The notes under the pieces were generated by a model that did no database searches, was not told the origin of the DNA, and saw only the letters and a list, made by a program, of their open reading frames with translations. A program made the translations under genes and the position numbers. Of a DNA stretch of 64,000 bases, positions 39,011 to 50,463 are shown piece by piece; position 1 is the first letter of the stretch; each line of letters starts with the position of its first letter. Location: positions 55,579 to 119,578 of IMG/VR virus record IMGVR_UViG_3300011008_000012; one strand, written 5' to 3'. This stretch comes from a virus. Its lineage: Duplodnaviria > Caudoviricetes.

Positions 39011-40975
39011 ACCAAAATTGTGAATCAAAACGCCGATACCCAACCCGGCAATTGCTGTACCGAGTGGACCGAGCGCGGATGTAATATGTCCAATAGCTCC
39101 GGCAATGGGTTCTAGGAGTTCCAATACGTTGGTGCCAATGTCAACGATGCTATTTACAAAGCCGGAATCGATGGCTGTCCGGCTCAGCTCCTGGAGCGCG
39201 GCCTTGAATGTGTTGATATGCGCCGTCATGCTGTCCAGGAAGACGTCATACGCGCCCTCAAGTGCGCCGGCGCTGTCGGCCATAGCTTCCATGGCTCCGG
39301 TCGCTTCACCGAACTGCCCCATGAGGCTGCTGAACACGTCTTGCTGTCGCGTACCGGCCAAAGCAGTGGTAATGGCGGCTTTAACATCTGTGCTGAGTGT
39401 GCTCCACTTGTCCGCCAGATCACTTAAAACCTCGAACGGATTACGAAGTGCACCAGTTGCCTCCTGTAACTGAACTCCTCCGCTTGTAAGCGCGTCGATC
39501 AGTTCTTGGTACTTCGCCTCGTTCCATACCTCGCCAGTTTCTTCAATCTCTGTTTTGACATTTCTGAGTCTGGCAATGATCGTTCGCAGACCGGTGGAAG
39601 ATTTGGAAATATTCTGGACCGTTGTATTTGCGGCTGTCAGCATGGCTATCGACTGATCGATAGTCATTCCGGATTGAGCCATCATCGAGGAGGCATTGTT
39701 CATGCCCTCCGCAATCTGGGATACTGAAATGGGGAAGTTGTTACCAACTTTCACCATTTTATCCATGATAGACTCAATGTCTTCAACGCCCTTCCCATAA
39801 GCCTTGACGATAGCGGTTACAGCGTCAGATGCAGCCGACGGATCAATGTCGCCGACGTTTTGCAGCATAGCAGTAAATTTTGCCAGGTCATGGGATTCTT
39901 CCAGACTATAGCCAAGTCTTGAGTAAACCGTCGCCATGTTGACCAGATCGGTTATGGAGGCGCTCATATCCTTTGCCGTCTGAGCCATCGTGCTGCCAAA
40001 GCGGCTCATCGTCTCATTGTCCGCACTAGTTACGATCTGAAGCTGTGTATATGCGTCGTTCAGCTCGATGGCCGTACTGACCATCTCTTTCATTTGCGCG
40101 ATCGTAGATTGTATGATACGGAACGTGCTGAACGTCATGGCGACATATTGCGTCAGGCCAGCCTTCAGATTTCCAAAGAAAGCGGCAAGGCTCGATCCGG
40201 CGTTGTTTACGTTACCAGATATGTTGGTCACCTCGCTCCGTAGATGGGCGAGTTTAGCGCGGGCCTCATCCGCGGGCATTCCTTTAAGGTCTCCGGCAAG
40301 CCGTTCAAGGGCGGCTATGAGATTATTAACTTGCGCAACAGTTGACGGATCGGCGGCGCCTTTGCCGAGAGCAATCTTGTCTTGCAGTCCATGCAGCGTA
40401 TTTAACATGGTGCTGACCTGATTCAGCGCCTGATAGTACTCCGTCGTTCCCTCGGCGAGCATCCTAAACTCGTTCTTGGAACCGGCCTGTGTGAAGGTCA
40501 TCTTCCCGTTCGCCATGTTGTTCTTTAGTGAATCGAACTGATCCCTAAAATCCTTCATAGCGAGGTTCCCGCTTTCGATCTCGCTAAGGAGACCGGAGAA
40601 CGCGGTCTTCGCCCGGCCGAGTCCGGAGGTGTAGGCGTTTACAGAATCGCCCGCAAGGCCCTTCATCCTCTGCATCTCAAGTTCTACGTTGACAAGCTGA
40701 TTCATCACCTGTGTCGCTTCTTTGATACCGGCAGTTTGCGTTTTTATGTTTACGCTGCCGCCAGACACAGTGGCCTTCTTAACGGCGTCAAGGCTCTCAA
40801 TGGTGGACTTGATGTCATTGCGCAGCTGTTTGATCATTTTATCAGCGCCTTCAACGTCCAGCTCGACTTTGACTTTGAACGGCTTCAAACCGCCGATCAT
40901 AGTTTTGAGTTGACCTTCTATTGCGGCTTTACTTTCCTGATGGACACCAAACAGAAGTTCTACATCACCGGCCAT
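39011..40975 (-). CDS. tape measure protein, exon 1 (TP901-type core domain)
   Basis: TMP core motifs (Y.RLGYS, D....VGNNF, G..LRTI.ARL, LAG.RQ). Unspliced, the ORF reads 15 codons into the intron and stops at 38963. Confidence 0.9.
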
Positions 40976-41031
40976 TACATCACCTCCTATTGAAAAAGAG
41001 GTCCGGCGACCATGTCCGAACCTCTACAAAA

Positions 41032-41616
41032 TCATTGCTCGTACACGGGGTTCAATTCAACGATGACGTCCCGTGAGGCATATTTGCTTTCTATTTGCCG
41101 CTGTGCTGCCTGCATGAATCTTCCGCTGTCTCTGAACGGATTGCCGGAGATAGTTCCTCCATGCCATGAACCTATCACATATTCCGCTCCAGGGGCGGCA
41201 TATCCGTTGTTGAACAGAGCGATGATATTGTCTATACCTCCGTATTTTGTGGCATCCAGCGACGGGCGAGAAAGGTCGCCCGTAAAATTAATCGTTACTT
41301 TGTATGTCTGACTATCCAGTTTTTCAACATTGGATATCTGCATGGTTTGGAATAACTCAATGACAGAGGAGGGATCACTGAATCCTGTTCCGGTGGAAAT
41401 GGCGGATGCAGTGCCATATGTACGCACCGCGTTGACAAACTCGTCTGCAATTCTGCGCATCCGATGCTTATTCATAACATAAGAACCGGCCTTCGTCCTG
41501 TCTTTGCCAGAGTTGATATATTCATCCAGCTTCTCCTGTGCGCGTCGCCGCCCCTCTGGACTGTTCATATAGTCGCGTACTTTTGCGTTGATAGACGCGA
41601 AGTTAATCGTTGCCAT
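41032..41616 (-). CDS. tail completion / HK97 gp10-like protein
   Basis: Position in the tail module; C-terminal RFMQAA. Confidence 0.45.
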   Translation of the reverse strand: MATINFASINAKVRDYMNSPEGRRRAQEKLDEYINSGKDRTKAGSYVMNKHRMRRIADEFVNAVRTYGTASAISTGTGFSDPSSVIELFQTMQISNVEKLDSQTYKVTINFTGDLSRPSLDATKYGGIDNIIALFNNGYAAPGAEYVIGSWHGGTISGNPFRDSGRFMQAAQRQIESKYASRDVIVELNPVYEQ

Positions 41617-42262
41617 CCTTTACCTCAACCAGATGTGGTACGGAGTCTGACGCAGCTTTAGTCGGCTTCTTCGCCGTCTTTCGTGTCGGCTTTTTCTTGG
41701 ATTTGATATCGGCCACCGCCTGAACAAGCTTCGCTTCATCCACAGTCTCCATGTTGGACAGCGCCTTCAGAGCTCCGGAGAGCTCTTCGGCGGTAATGCC
41801 TGAGAATGAGCTTTTCAAAGAACCGACGACATTGAGCATCTCCTTGACGCCATCATTGAATTTTCGGATATTCACATCGGTGATATAGCGGATCTTATTG
41901 TCAATAGCAACCTGGATGCTATTGATTTGCCCTCCGTCGATATGCTCCATAATGGCGTCAAATAGGGGAGAGGAGTATACAAACATATAACGGTCGTTCA
42001 GATCGCCGTCGAGTGCGATGTTTGTATAGTACATGACCATATAAACGCGGAATATTCCAAACCTAAACTGGGGGTAGTATTCTCCGTTCTCATCGACACA
42101 CGCATCAGCCACGGCGTCAACAAATTCCATCATCTCGCTCAGACTGATTGTGCGTCGCACCGCGATCTCTTTACCGAACCAGTCAAAGAAAGTAACGCTT
42201 GGATATCTCTCCTCGATGATCGGCCTGAGTTCATCTAAAGAAATGGCTTTGATTTCGTCCAT
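41603..42262 (-). CDS. hypothetical tail-module protein
   Basis: ORF with AAGGAG SD. Confidence 0.6.
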   Translation of the reverse strand: MDEIKAISLDELRPIIEERYPSVTFFDWFGKEIAVRRTISLSEMMEFVDAVADACVDENGEYYPQFRFGIFRVYMVMYYTNIALDGDLNDRYMFVYSSPLFDAIMEHIDGGQINSIQVAIDNKIRYITDVNIRKFNDGVKEMLNVVGSLKSSFSGITAEELSGALKALSNMETVDEAKLVQAVADIKSKKKPTRKTAKKPTKAASDSVPHLVEVKDGND

Positions 42263-42276
42263 TATCAATTCTCCTT

Positions 42277-42723
42277 TTAATCCAATATTTTTACAAAGAT
42301 CTCCGTGCGTGGATGATTTTTATCCACGAAGCACATCAACTTCAGCGACTTGATATGAGTACTGTCGTCGTCAACGATAAACCCGCTCTCTACAAGCCCG
42401 TCAATTGCAAACTTTGGCGTGGAATTATCTACGTCATGACGACGATCTGAAGCGTAATATGTGTGGAAGGTTAATTCGCATTTCTCAATGCGTAGGTTAG
42501 AATAACCTTTGGTTTCAATGAACCACACAATGAAGTCCTTCCATTTCTGCTTGAGCGCATTCATCATTGGACGCTTCATAATCATCCATGCATTGATTGA
42601 CTCATGGTATGGATGCGCTATAGGCTTTTTTTGCGCTTTCGGGTGAAGCTTGAAATAATATTTCTCGTACTCTGTCAATGTGTTCTCATCGATCACGAGT
42701 TTAATTGTTCGAATATCTCTCAC
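42277..42723 (-). CDS. RusA-like Holliday junction resolvase
   Basis: RRHDVDN..PK..IDGLV..G.IVDDD...PRTEI motif. Confidence 0.85.
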   Translation of the reverse strand: MRDIRTIKLVIDENTLTEYEKYYFKLHPKAQKKPIAHPYHESINAWMIMKRPMMNALKQKWKDFIVWFIETKGYSNLRIEKCELTFHTYYASDRRHDVDNSTPKFAIDGLVESGFIVDDDSTHIKSLKLMCFVDKNHPRTEIFVKILD

Positions 42724-42774
42724 CCCCTAAATCAAAGAGGGAGACAGCTCAAGCCGCCTCCCATCTTTTTTTTG

Positions 42775-43056
42775 TTATTCGATTTCGCCTTCCTCAAGCG
42801 CAAACTCGAAATCCGGAAGGATATCAGGTTCCTCGTCGGCTTTCTTGGAACGCTTCCTGGTTTTAGGTTCAGGTTCCTTTTCGACCACAGGAGTAATACC
42901 CCTGGCCTCGTTCACTTGCGCCATATAGATCGCGCCGCACTCCGGGGAGCACGCGACATCCTGCCAGCGGAAAGTCACGTTGATTGCATGTCGATCAACG
43001 CGGCAGGCTTCATATTCCTTTCCGCACACACGACATGTCTTAATCACTTTAGGCAT
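42775..43056 (-). CDS. small zinc-finger hypothetical protein
   Basis: CRVCGKEY..C...CSPEC. Confidence 0.65.
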   Translation of the reverse strand: MPKVIKTCRVCGKEYEACRVDRHAINVTFRWQDVACSPECGAIYMAQVNEARGITPVVEKEPEPKTRKRSKKADEEPDILPDFEFALEEGEIE

Positions 43057-43087
43057 TAAAACCACCTACCTTGTTTAGGGTAGACGA

Positions 43088-43894
43088 TCAGCCGGCGTAA
43101 TCAGCAGTATTCTCGCCGAAAACGGTGAAAGTCCACAGAACGCCGCCGGAGCCGCACGCACCGGCCAGAGACTCGGCCTCGAATGCATGGACGGTCTGGT
43201 TATCACCAAGCTCCAGAGAGAACTCGCCGGAGAAATCCGCCTTGGGGATATAGAACTGAACGTGGTATACGTTGTTGCACTTGTCCTCGCCCATGGCGTC
43301 GATATACAGAGCGCACTTCCCGGAAAACTCATCGCTCTTGTTAGTAAGAACGTCGGCCTGGATCTGACGCAGGTAATAAACAACGATCTCAGTACCGTCA
43401 TCCAGCTCGTTCTCATTGAACGTCAGTGCCTTGGTAGATGGATCATACGCGAACTTACCGGCAGCCGCGGTCGCAGCCTGAGTGAGCTGGGTCGTGATCA
43501 CACCGTCAGAACTCTTCACATAGACGGCGTCAATCTCAGCGCCGGAAGTGCCAACCGCCTTGTAAGAAGTGGTCGCTGTGTCGCTATTAACGGTCAGATA
43601 GTCCGCCCACAGAACCTTGGTGGTCTCGCTGTGATTGAAGGTGCCGCCGGTCTGCTTCTCAAGCAGACCGCCGGAGACAAGTCCATTGGTTCCGCTGATA
43701 GTTACAGTCTTATTGCGCTTCAGAGTGGAGAGCTTGCGTCCCTGCTTGCCGGTGATATCAGTTGTCTCCTGGCCCTGAGAAATGGTAGCGCTCTGCAACT
43801 CGTCGAGTGAAAAAAGGTAAGCGCCTGTAGAAAGATCGAAGGCGTTGATCACTTCAAGACTGGTGATAGTGATGTCATTGATATTAACCATCAA
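43088..43894 (-). CDS. major tail tube protein
   Basis: Beta-rich 268 aa, strong codon bias, tail-module position. Confidence 0.72.
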   Translation of the reverse strand: MMVNINDITITSLEVINAFDLSTGAYLFSLDELQSATISQGQETTDITGKQGRKLSTLKRNKTVTISGTNGLVSGGLLEKQTGGTFNHSETTKVLWADYLTVNSDTATTSYKAVGTSGAEIDAVYVKSSDGVITTQLTQAATAAAGKFAYDPSTKALTFNENELDDGTEIVVYYLRQIQADVLTNKSDEFSGKCALYIDAMGEDKCNNVYHVQFYIPKADFSGEFSLELGDNQTVHAFEAESLAGACGSGGVLWTFTVFGENTADYAG

Positions 43895-43910
43895 TAACTT
43901 CCTCCTTTAC

Positions 43911-44624
43911 TTATTTATGAGTCAGCCAATTCAGATCATCTTGGCTTAACTCTTTTGCGTTAACCGTTCCAGCATAAACGCCATACATCCGGTTATCGTA
44001 ATTGACTTTCTTGATGGTCTGTTGCACACATTCATTGAATTGATATATTGTGAGGTCGAGCGTACTTTCTAGGTTGTATTTGTATTGCTCGGTATTGACC
44101 ATCGCGACGATCAGAGACTCTAGCTGCGAATCGACTGACCGGTTTTTGTTGCGCGCCGCTTTCTCTCTCGCGCGCCGGAGCATGAATCTCTTTGCTTCTT
44201 CGTTGCCAGGCTTTCTTCGGTTCTGTTCAAGGTGGTGTAGTCTGCGTAAAACCGTGGCGATCATGGCATGTATACCGCGATCAATGACAATATCGTTCTC
44301 ACGATCCAGCAGAACAATGTTACCGGTTTCATCCGACATCATCACGAATTTCTTCATGTCTAAATCACCAAACACCAAGCTTGTATCCATCTCTTTTAAT
44401 CCATGAAATAGAAGCATGAACAGCTCAAAGGCGCTGATCTTCGTAAAATCGATCCCGGCGTCTTCGAGCTGACACATCATATCAACTGGCATAGCCGTCA
44501 GCATAGACACTGCGCTGTAATATGCGTCCTCGTTATGGAGGATATCGCCAACGGTTGGGATTAAAACCTTAATTTTGTCGGTGATCTTGTATTCATGCTC
44601 GTAGAGCAGATTGATAGTCGGCAT
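43911..44624 (-). CDS. hypothetical tail-module protein
   Basis: 237-aa ORF containing LDLTIYQF. Confidence 0.6.
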   Translation of the reverse strand: MPTINLLYEHEYKITDKIKVLIPTVGDILHNEDAYYSAVSMLTAMPVDMMCQLEDAGIDFTKISAFELFMLLFHGLKEMDTSLVFGDLDMKKFVMMSDETGNIVLLDRENDIVIDRGIHAMIATVLRRLHHLEQNRRKPGNEEAKRFMLRRAREKAARNKNRSVDSQLESLIVAMVNTEQYKYNLESTLDLTIYQFNECVQQTIKKVNYDNRMYGVYAGTVNAKELSQDDLNWLTHK

Positions 44625-45121
44625 TATCCGGTCTTCCTGTTCGATGGAATAGGTTTGCCCGACGGAGAGGTACGTTTAATATCTTTAGCATTGAACGTCA
44701 AAACCTTTCCATGATAATCCGTCATCGGAGCGAACCTTCTGGCCGCATTTAATTCAAGCTCACCAAGCCCGTAATATCTGCTTCCGTCGATTGCCTGTGC
44801 AATTTTTGAGCACAGCTTGTCCGTCCGAACACCACCCTCCGGAAGCCGAAGCAAAGATTTATGCGTGAACACCCACACATACAATGTGGGCGAGTAAAAT
44901 GTCTTGTTTGCCGATTTCTGAATATCAACGTCAAAGCATATATATGTCTTTGCGTCTTCAACAGTCTCCGGTATAAACTCAAAAGGGAAGACTTGCGTGT
45001 ATGCAAGCATAGCCGCATCTTCGATATCAACAGTGGAGTCAATCAACGAAACAATTTCTGGGTTCGTCAGCACATCCTCCATAAACCTGTTTTTATAGTC
45101 ATAGAACTCTTCTAACTGCAT
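44624..45121 (-). CDS. putative tail terminator
   Basis: Position and size. Confidence 0.5.
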   Translation of the reverse strand: MQLEEFYDYKNRFMEDVLTNPEIVSLIDSTVDIEDAAMLAYTQVFPFEFIPETVEDAKTYICFDVDIQKSANKTFYSPTLYVWVFTHKSLLRLPEGGVRTDKLCSKIAQAIDGSRYYGLGELELNAARRFAPMTDYHGKVLTFNAKDIKRTSPSGKPIPSNRKTG

Positions 45122-45873
45122 TACAGCCACACTTTCCTACCCTTATCGTCCGTATTTGTGTCTGGTTTAATAGAATCATCAACGGGTGTCGGGTAATACC
45201 TGTAGTAGTCAGCTATTCCAAGCTCCTGATTATCGAAGTCTGTCGTATCAACTTCTTGTAAAACGAACTTATAAACGCCATGCCCATTGAAAACATTGTT
45301 CAGTTTCAATGGCTTTGAAAGCGTATACGCGATCATATGCTCGTCGTCTGGATCATCGATAAGAAATCTGCTCTGACGATTGAACTTGACGGTGTGTTCA
45401 TTTTTGGCGATAGTCATAGCAATTCGAGAATCACCTCGTGTGACGATGAACTGCCTATCCTCATATTCGCCGGTAAGGTATTTTGTACCGTCCTCTATGA
45501 TGCACCACTGTTTATGGATAACACCATTGGTATCTATCCAATGAAGCTCGAAATTGCATTGCACCAGTTTAGCCCTTGTGTACACTTCGCTGTGTGCGTC
45601 GCGCTCCGTGACAAGCCAATGATTATCAGTCCAATACACCATACCGCCATGCGTTATATCCTCGCCCGGTATTGAATAGATAAATTTTTCGTTCAAATTG
45701 TCCGTGTCGATAATAGCAACGTCCTGTGGTTCGTCATCAATAAGAACATTTTGATATGACAGACTGTGCGGAAGTTTCGTAAGCAATCGACGCTGTTCAC
45801 GCAAGAGCTGAGACCCACGCCTTGTTGTGCCTTTGGCGTTGATTCGATCTTCATACACGCCCCACGCGCTCAT
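45121..45873 (-). CDS. putative head closure protein
   Basis: G..V.W....WLV...CN..L.W pattern; position. Confidence 0.55.
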   Translation of the reverse strand: MSAWGVYEDRINAKGTTRRGSQLLREQRRLLTKLPHSLSYQNVLIDDEPQDVAIIDTDNLNEKFIYSIPGEDITHGGMVYWTDNHWLVTERDAHSEVYTRAKLVQCNFELHWIDTNGVIHKQWCIIEDGTKYLTGEYEDRQFIVTRGDSRIAMTIAKNEHTVKFNRQSRFLIDDPDDEHMIAYTLSKPLKLNNVFNGHGVYKFVLQEVDTTDFDNQELGIADYYRYYPTPVDDSIKPDTNTDDKGRKVWL

Positions 45874-45877
45874 AGAA

Positions 45878-46216
45878 TCACCGCCCATCATCCGAATAGC
45901 GAGCTCCGAGCTTGTTGCATATAGCAATCGCATTGAATACACATCTGCGAACGTGCGACACGGATGCGTCAGGTGCGTCGATCAGGTGCTGTAAAAGAGA
46001 AATCAGTGACAGATACGATGGATCGTATTCAACAGCGACGATCAGAGATTTGCAACCAAGAAGCTCGTCACGCAGATTACACATATATGTATCTAGCGAC
46101 GGCTCGCTGTCTTCTCGCATCGGGAGTATCTTGAAAAACAGATTTACAAGATTGCGGAAGTATTTTGCGACCATTACTCCTTCGAGTTTATGGCCTGTAG
46201 TAGTTTCAAGGGTCAT
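45878..46216 (-). CDS. hypothetical protein
   Basis: 112-aa ORF translationally coupled to its neighbours. Confidence 0.6.
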   Translation of the reverse strand: MTLETTTGHKLEGVMVAKYFRNLVNLFFKILPMREDSEPSLDTYMCNLRDELLGCKSLIVAVEYDPSYLSLISLLQHLIDAPDASVSHVRRCVFNAIAICNKLGARYSDDGR

Positions 46217-46662
46217 AAATGAAGATCTGACAAATCCCCGTGATTGTAACTATACTCACGGATCATTTGAGTATAGTCCTTCTGCGCTTTCGCATATGCG
46301 TTCCCGATACGCATAAGCAGCTCGGCAGGGGAGTAGCTGGTGAAATCACGAGTATTAAGGAGCATTTCGAGATTCTCCTGTTTATACACATATGGCTTCA
46401 TCCACTGGACAAGCATCCCCTCGGAAATGATGTCAACAAGTTCGTCAAGATCATCGTCTGCTACATCAATGTTAAACACGCGGTCGTTATCGTTCGCGGT
46501 CGTAAATAAATCATATTTACAGTTTTTTCGGAACGCTGTGACTGCGCGTTTCATGTATCCATCAACAATGTCTGTTCGGCTTTCTGATTCCATATTGATA
46601 AAGTCGAATTCGGAAATCTTAGCCAGGAACGCCATCGTAAAAGTGTCATACGAGAGGCTCAT
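46213..46662 (-). CDS. putative head-tail adaptor
   Basis: Helical 149 aa with DFTSYSPA; position after the capsid genes. Confidence 0.55.
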   Translation of the reverse strand: MSLSYDTFTMAFLAKISEFDFINMESESRTDIVDGYMKRAVTAFRKNCKYDLFTTANDNDRVFNIDVADDDLDELVDIISEGMLVQWMKPYVYKQENLEMLLNTRDFTSYSPAELLMRIGNAYAKAQKDYTQMIREYSYNHGDLSDLHL

Positions 46663-46674
46663 AATTACGCCTCC

Positions 46675-47232
46675 TTATTTCTCGATCAGCTCGATTCCGA
46701 GATACTTCTCCAAAGCCAGAATGACTTTGTAGGAGTCGATTTTGCCATCAGCGATAAGCTGACTAGCACGATATGCAACAGAGCGCCTCTGCCCAGGAGT
46801 CATTTTGCTGATTATCTCTTCAACCTCAGACGGAGACTTGGAAAACAGCTCGTCATAGTTGTCAACCGTCATGCCGCTCTTGTAGTACTGACGAACGCCA
46901 AGATAATCGATGACCCAATCATCGTCCTCATTGAACATGAAATAGTTGTTCGCAAAGAAATCTTTGCTCGCGCTCTTTGCACTCTTGAGATCAATCAGCT
47001 CAATATCCTGCTCATCGCCAAAGCTGTTCCAGTAAAATTCCTCACCCGTGCGCTTGCTGATATAAATCAGACGGCCATGGAAACCATTTCGCACAGTGAT
47101 GAACTGATGGATATCTACATCCTTTGGAATAAGCGTCTTCGGCTCCTCAACGATCGGAGTACTTTCGACTTTCTTGGTCTGACTTGCGGTTTGAGTTCGA
47201 GTCGATCTCGTTGTAGTTTTCTTCTCTGCCAT
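46675..47232 (-). CDS. hypothetical head-module protein
   Basis: AAGGAG SD; directly after the major capsid gene. Confidence 0.6.
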   Translation of the reverse strand: MAEKKTTTRSTRTQTASQTKKVESTPIVEEPKTLIPKDVDIHQFITVRNGFHGRLIYISKRTGEEFYWNSFGDEQDIELIDLKSAKSASKDFFANNYFMFNEDDDWVIDYLGVRQYYKSGMTVDNYDELFSKSPSEVEEIISKMTPGQRRSVAYRASQLIADGKIDSYKVILALEKYLGIELIEK

Positions 47233-47296
47233 AAAAGCTCCTTTCATTCAGAGAGCGGGGCTAATCATATAGCCCCGCTCCGATTGGTTCTGCGAA

Positions 47297-48325
47297 TTAG
47301 ATATAGTCGTAACGACCAATACCAGCATTGCCGCCGGCAAGGATGATACCAGCGCCGTACTTCACACCGTACAGATACTCCTGGGTGAGATCCATGTTGT
47401 TCTCGGGAGCACTGTTGATGATCAGAGGATTGCCCTCATACACGAACTTGATGGGCTTGTCCGAACCAGCAACAATAGCCAGGGACTTATCGTTGAACTG
47501 GAAGTCGGAGGTACCGTTCGCACCGGTCAGACCGGTCTTGAAGCGCTGAGGAATAGCAACGCAAGGAGTACCATAGAACTTGCCATAGTAACCCCAGTTG
47601 TGGAGCTCCTCTTTCGCATTGTCGCTCTGAATGGCCTCGGTGAGGTTGCGAAGAGCGGCCTTAGTGCCGATAATGGTGGCCTGCTGACCACCGGACGCGG
47701 CCTCGACCATCTCGATGAGCTGCAGAAGCGCAGCGGCGCTGTAGCTGCCAGCAGCGGGGTAGAAGTACTGACCGCCGAGCTGAGCCTGAGTTGCATTCGC
47801 CCACAGGGAATAGATGTCGCTAAGGATCTGACGCGCAAAGGAGTCAGAAACATCGGAGATCATCTCGTTGAAGTCAACGCGACCAGAAAGGATGCGATTC
47901 AGCTCCTCATAAATGCGAACATAGTGCATGTATGTAGGAATGGTCGTCTCGGTCACGCCAGACAGACGCTGACGCCGGATCGCCTGGGTACCATCAGCAC
48001 CCTTGGTAACAGCATACAGATTGCTGTCCTTGACCTGGAACACGGGCTGGTCGCCCTCGGCCACATTGCGGAAGTCAACAAAAGTGTTGAAGAAGTCAGA
48101 GTCAGTCAGACCCTCGACAACGGTACGGTCAAGGATCTGCTCGATCAGAGCAAACATACCCTTGCACTCGCCGTCGCGGATCTTGCGATAGTCGAGCTTG
48201 GTAGAACCACCGTTCAGCTCAACAAGAGCATTGCGCAGCGCGTCCTGGGACTCGCCGACGGAATACTTCTGGACATTGCCGTGATAGGCGTCAACAGCAG
48301 TCCGAACAATTTCGTTCATATCCAT
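47297..48325 (-). CDS. major capsid protein
   Basis: 342 aa, strong codon bias, follows the scaffold and decoration genes; downstream hairpin at 47253-47280. Confidence 0.82.
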   Translation of the reverse strand: MDMNEIVRTAVDAYHGNVQKYSVGESQDALRNALVELNGGSTKLDYRKIRDGECKGMFALIEQILDRTVVEGLTDSDFFNTFVDFRNVAEGDQPVFQVKDSNLYAVTKGADGTQAIRRQRLSGVTETTIPTYMHYVRIYEELNRILSGRVDFNEMISDVSDSFARQILSDIYSLWANATQAQLGGQYFYPAAGSYSAAALLQLIEMVEAASGGQQATIIGTKAALRNLTEAIQSDNAKEELHNWGYYGKFYGTPCVAIPQRFKTGLTGANGTSDFQFNDKSLAIVAGSDKPIKFVYEGNPLIINSAPENNMDLTQEYLYGVKYGAGIILAGGNAGIGRYDYI

Positions 48326-48360
48326 AATTCGTTATTCCTCCTTGTTGGATTTACGGCAGA

Positions 48361-48882
48361 TTAAGCTACCTTGATGACATAGTAGGTGTAGCGGCCCGCT
48401 GTCTCGATAGCCATAACAGAGCCGATCACGGTAGAACCGGAGGTCGCGCCGGTAGAAGCGACAACGACATTCAGCTTCGTGCCAGCCTGAAGCTCCACCA
48501 CGGAGCCAACCTTGCCGTCAGTGCTCTCGTCTGTAGCAAAATGCAGAGCGTCCTTGGTCACACCAAAGATGTCGCCACTGTGCAGAATGTAGCCGCGGGC
48601 AATCTCGCCGGCCTCATTGCGGAACTCGTCGAGATTCTTCTTGCGCTCGTCATACATGACCTCGGGAGAGGCGACCAGCGCGATATCGTGCAGAGCATCA
48701 TTGACGGCGGGAGTGTCAGCGGCGTGAACCTCACGCTCGCCGGTAATCAGGGCACCAATCTTCACGACATTGCCATTCTCGATGGCCGTGTCGGTGGAAG
48801 AAGGCTGGTACTTGAAAGAAACCAGGGAGTTCCGAACATCGGTTCCCTGCATAAGATCAGTCCGAACAACGCCATAAGCCAT
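48361..48882 (-). CDS. capsid decoration/cement protein
   Basis: IENG.VV...ARGY.L..GD.F; between the protease and capsid genes. Confidence 0.65.
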   Translation of the reverse strand: MAYGVVRTDLMQGTDVRNSLVSFKYQPSSTDTAIENGNVVKIGALITGEREVHAADTPAVNDALHDIALVASPEVMYDERKKNLDEFRNEAGEIARGYILHSGDIFGVTKDALHFATDESTDGKVGSVVELQAGTKLNVVVASTGATSGSTVIGSVMAIETAGRYTYYVIKVA

Positions 48883-48899
48883 AGTTCAAATCCTCCTAC

Positions 48900-50444
48900 T
48901 TACTTGTTCTTGTAATCACGGATGAAACCGCCATATGGCTCGTCATCCTGCTCGTTCTTAGGAACGACAATTTTTGTGGGTGTCATAGCAGCGGTGAACT
49001 TCGCAGTCACACCATGACGGCCCTTGATCGCATAGCATTTCTCTTCCAGAGCTTCTTTGCTAAGATCAGCACAATTCTCGCGAAGTGCCTCAAACTCTTC
49101 GATACCGTCAAGCTCTGCAAAACTGTCAAACACAGCCTCACGCTCTGCGATTTCCTGAGATTTTTCGGTATCTTCTTTGAACTTGCGCAAAGATCCGAGC
49201 TCTGCCAGATCTGCACGCATGTTCTCGATTTCTGACTGTGCAGCCGCATACTTCTCGGTCCAGGCAGAATCGTTCTCCTGATACTTGGCAATAGCCTGCG
49301 CGAAAGCAGCACCAAACGGATCAGATTGCTCTCCCTCGTCGAACTCGGCGAGAACGATCTTCATGCGCTTCTTGCTCTCGAAATCGATAACGGCGTTATC
49401 ACCATTCATCGAATAGGAGAAGCCATAGAGCTTCCAGTCTGTCTCGTCGAAGGCGTACACCTCGTTCAGTTCCCGATCGTAGTCGTGGAACCAATAGCGA
49501 GGCATTTCACCGAACACAGTCTCGATCGTCTCGGCCTCCATGGCCTCACGCAGCGCCTCGCGGAACTGTCCCTCAAGCTCGAAGTTTTCCTGAGTGGTGG
49601 CATCATCGCCATCGCCAGCGGGAGCATCGGCGACCTTCATCGCCTCAAACTTCTCACGCAGCTCTTCGACGGTGAAATCATCGATAGAAAAATCAAGAGC
49701 TTCTGTGGTCAGGCCATACTCTTCGACCAAAGCCATCTTCTCGTCCAAAACATCTCCTCCTTCCGTCGAAGAATTCTCTTGGGGGATCACCGCTGTATGA
49801 GCGGCGTTTATTTTTGTAAAGGTGTCTTTGAGCTCTGACATCATCTCGGTCATCTTGGCCTTGAAGTCGGCCGTGGAGAAAACCTCCAGAGAAGCACTCT
49901 CAAAACACGGCGTCACCCCGTCGCCGAGTAAGCAAAATGCTGTGAACTCAAAGTCCTTAATAACAAAAAGACCGGAGCCTTTATCGACTCCGCCCTGCTT
50001 GACTGTGATCTCCATCGATTCCGATGTGATCCCATCATTTTTGATTTTTCTGTACGCCTCTTGTCGTTTCCACAAAAGAACGTCCACGCACAGATACTCA
50101 TGTACCGAGCCATCGTCCTCCTCGACGAACTCCCAATACGGTTGTGCGCTCTCTGGGACAACACCAACAGGCGTTGTTATATTGACCATCCGCAGCCCAT
50201 TGTCGCTTGAGACGATCTCAACATCGTGAGACCCGATCGTATCAGACTCTCGATCGTAGTTACATACGATCGGGCAGTTATAAATCGTCTGTATACACTT
50301 TTCATATGTATCTTTCGATATAAAACTGCCATTTCTGTTCGCGTCTGTATACGCAACACGAAGGACTGCGCTGTCGAACGATGAATTGATCTCGCACAAC
50401 TTAGAAAGGGAGGAGGAGAACGTCAGGCGCATGATCTTATTCAT
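48900..50444 (-). CDS. prohead protease / scaffold
   Basis: N.NGS.I, SMEI, F.AFCLLG..V.PCF, and an acidic coiled-coil C-terminus. Confidence 0.75.
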   Translation of the reverse strand: MNKIMRLTFSSSLSKLCEINSSFDSAVLRVAYTDANRNGSFISKDTYEKCIQTIYNCPIVCNYDRESDTIGSHDVEIVSSDNGLRMVNITTPVGVVPESAQPYWEFVEEDDGSVHEYLCVDVLLWKRQEAYRKIKNDGITSESMEITVKQGGVDKGSGLFVIKDFEFTAFCLLGDGVTPCFESASLEVFSTADFKAKMTEMMSELKDTFTKINAAHTAVIPQENSSTEGGDVLDEKMALVEEYGLTTEALDFSIDDFTVEELREKFEAMKVADAPAGDGDDATTQENFELEGQFREALREAMEAETIETVFGEMPRYWFHDYDRELNEVYAFDETDWKLYGFSYSMNGDNAVIDFESKKRMKIVLAEFDEGEQSDPFGAAFAQAIAKYQENDSAWTEKYAAAQSEIENMRADLAELGSLRKFKEDTEKSQEIAEREAVFDSFAELDGIEEFEALRENCADLSKEALEEKCYAIKGRHGVTAKFTAAMTPTKIVVPKNEQDDEPYGGFIRDYKNK

Positions 50445-50463
50445 CGCGCTACCTCCTGTTACC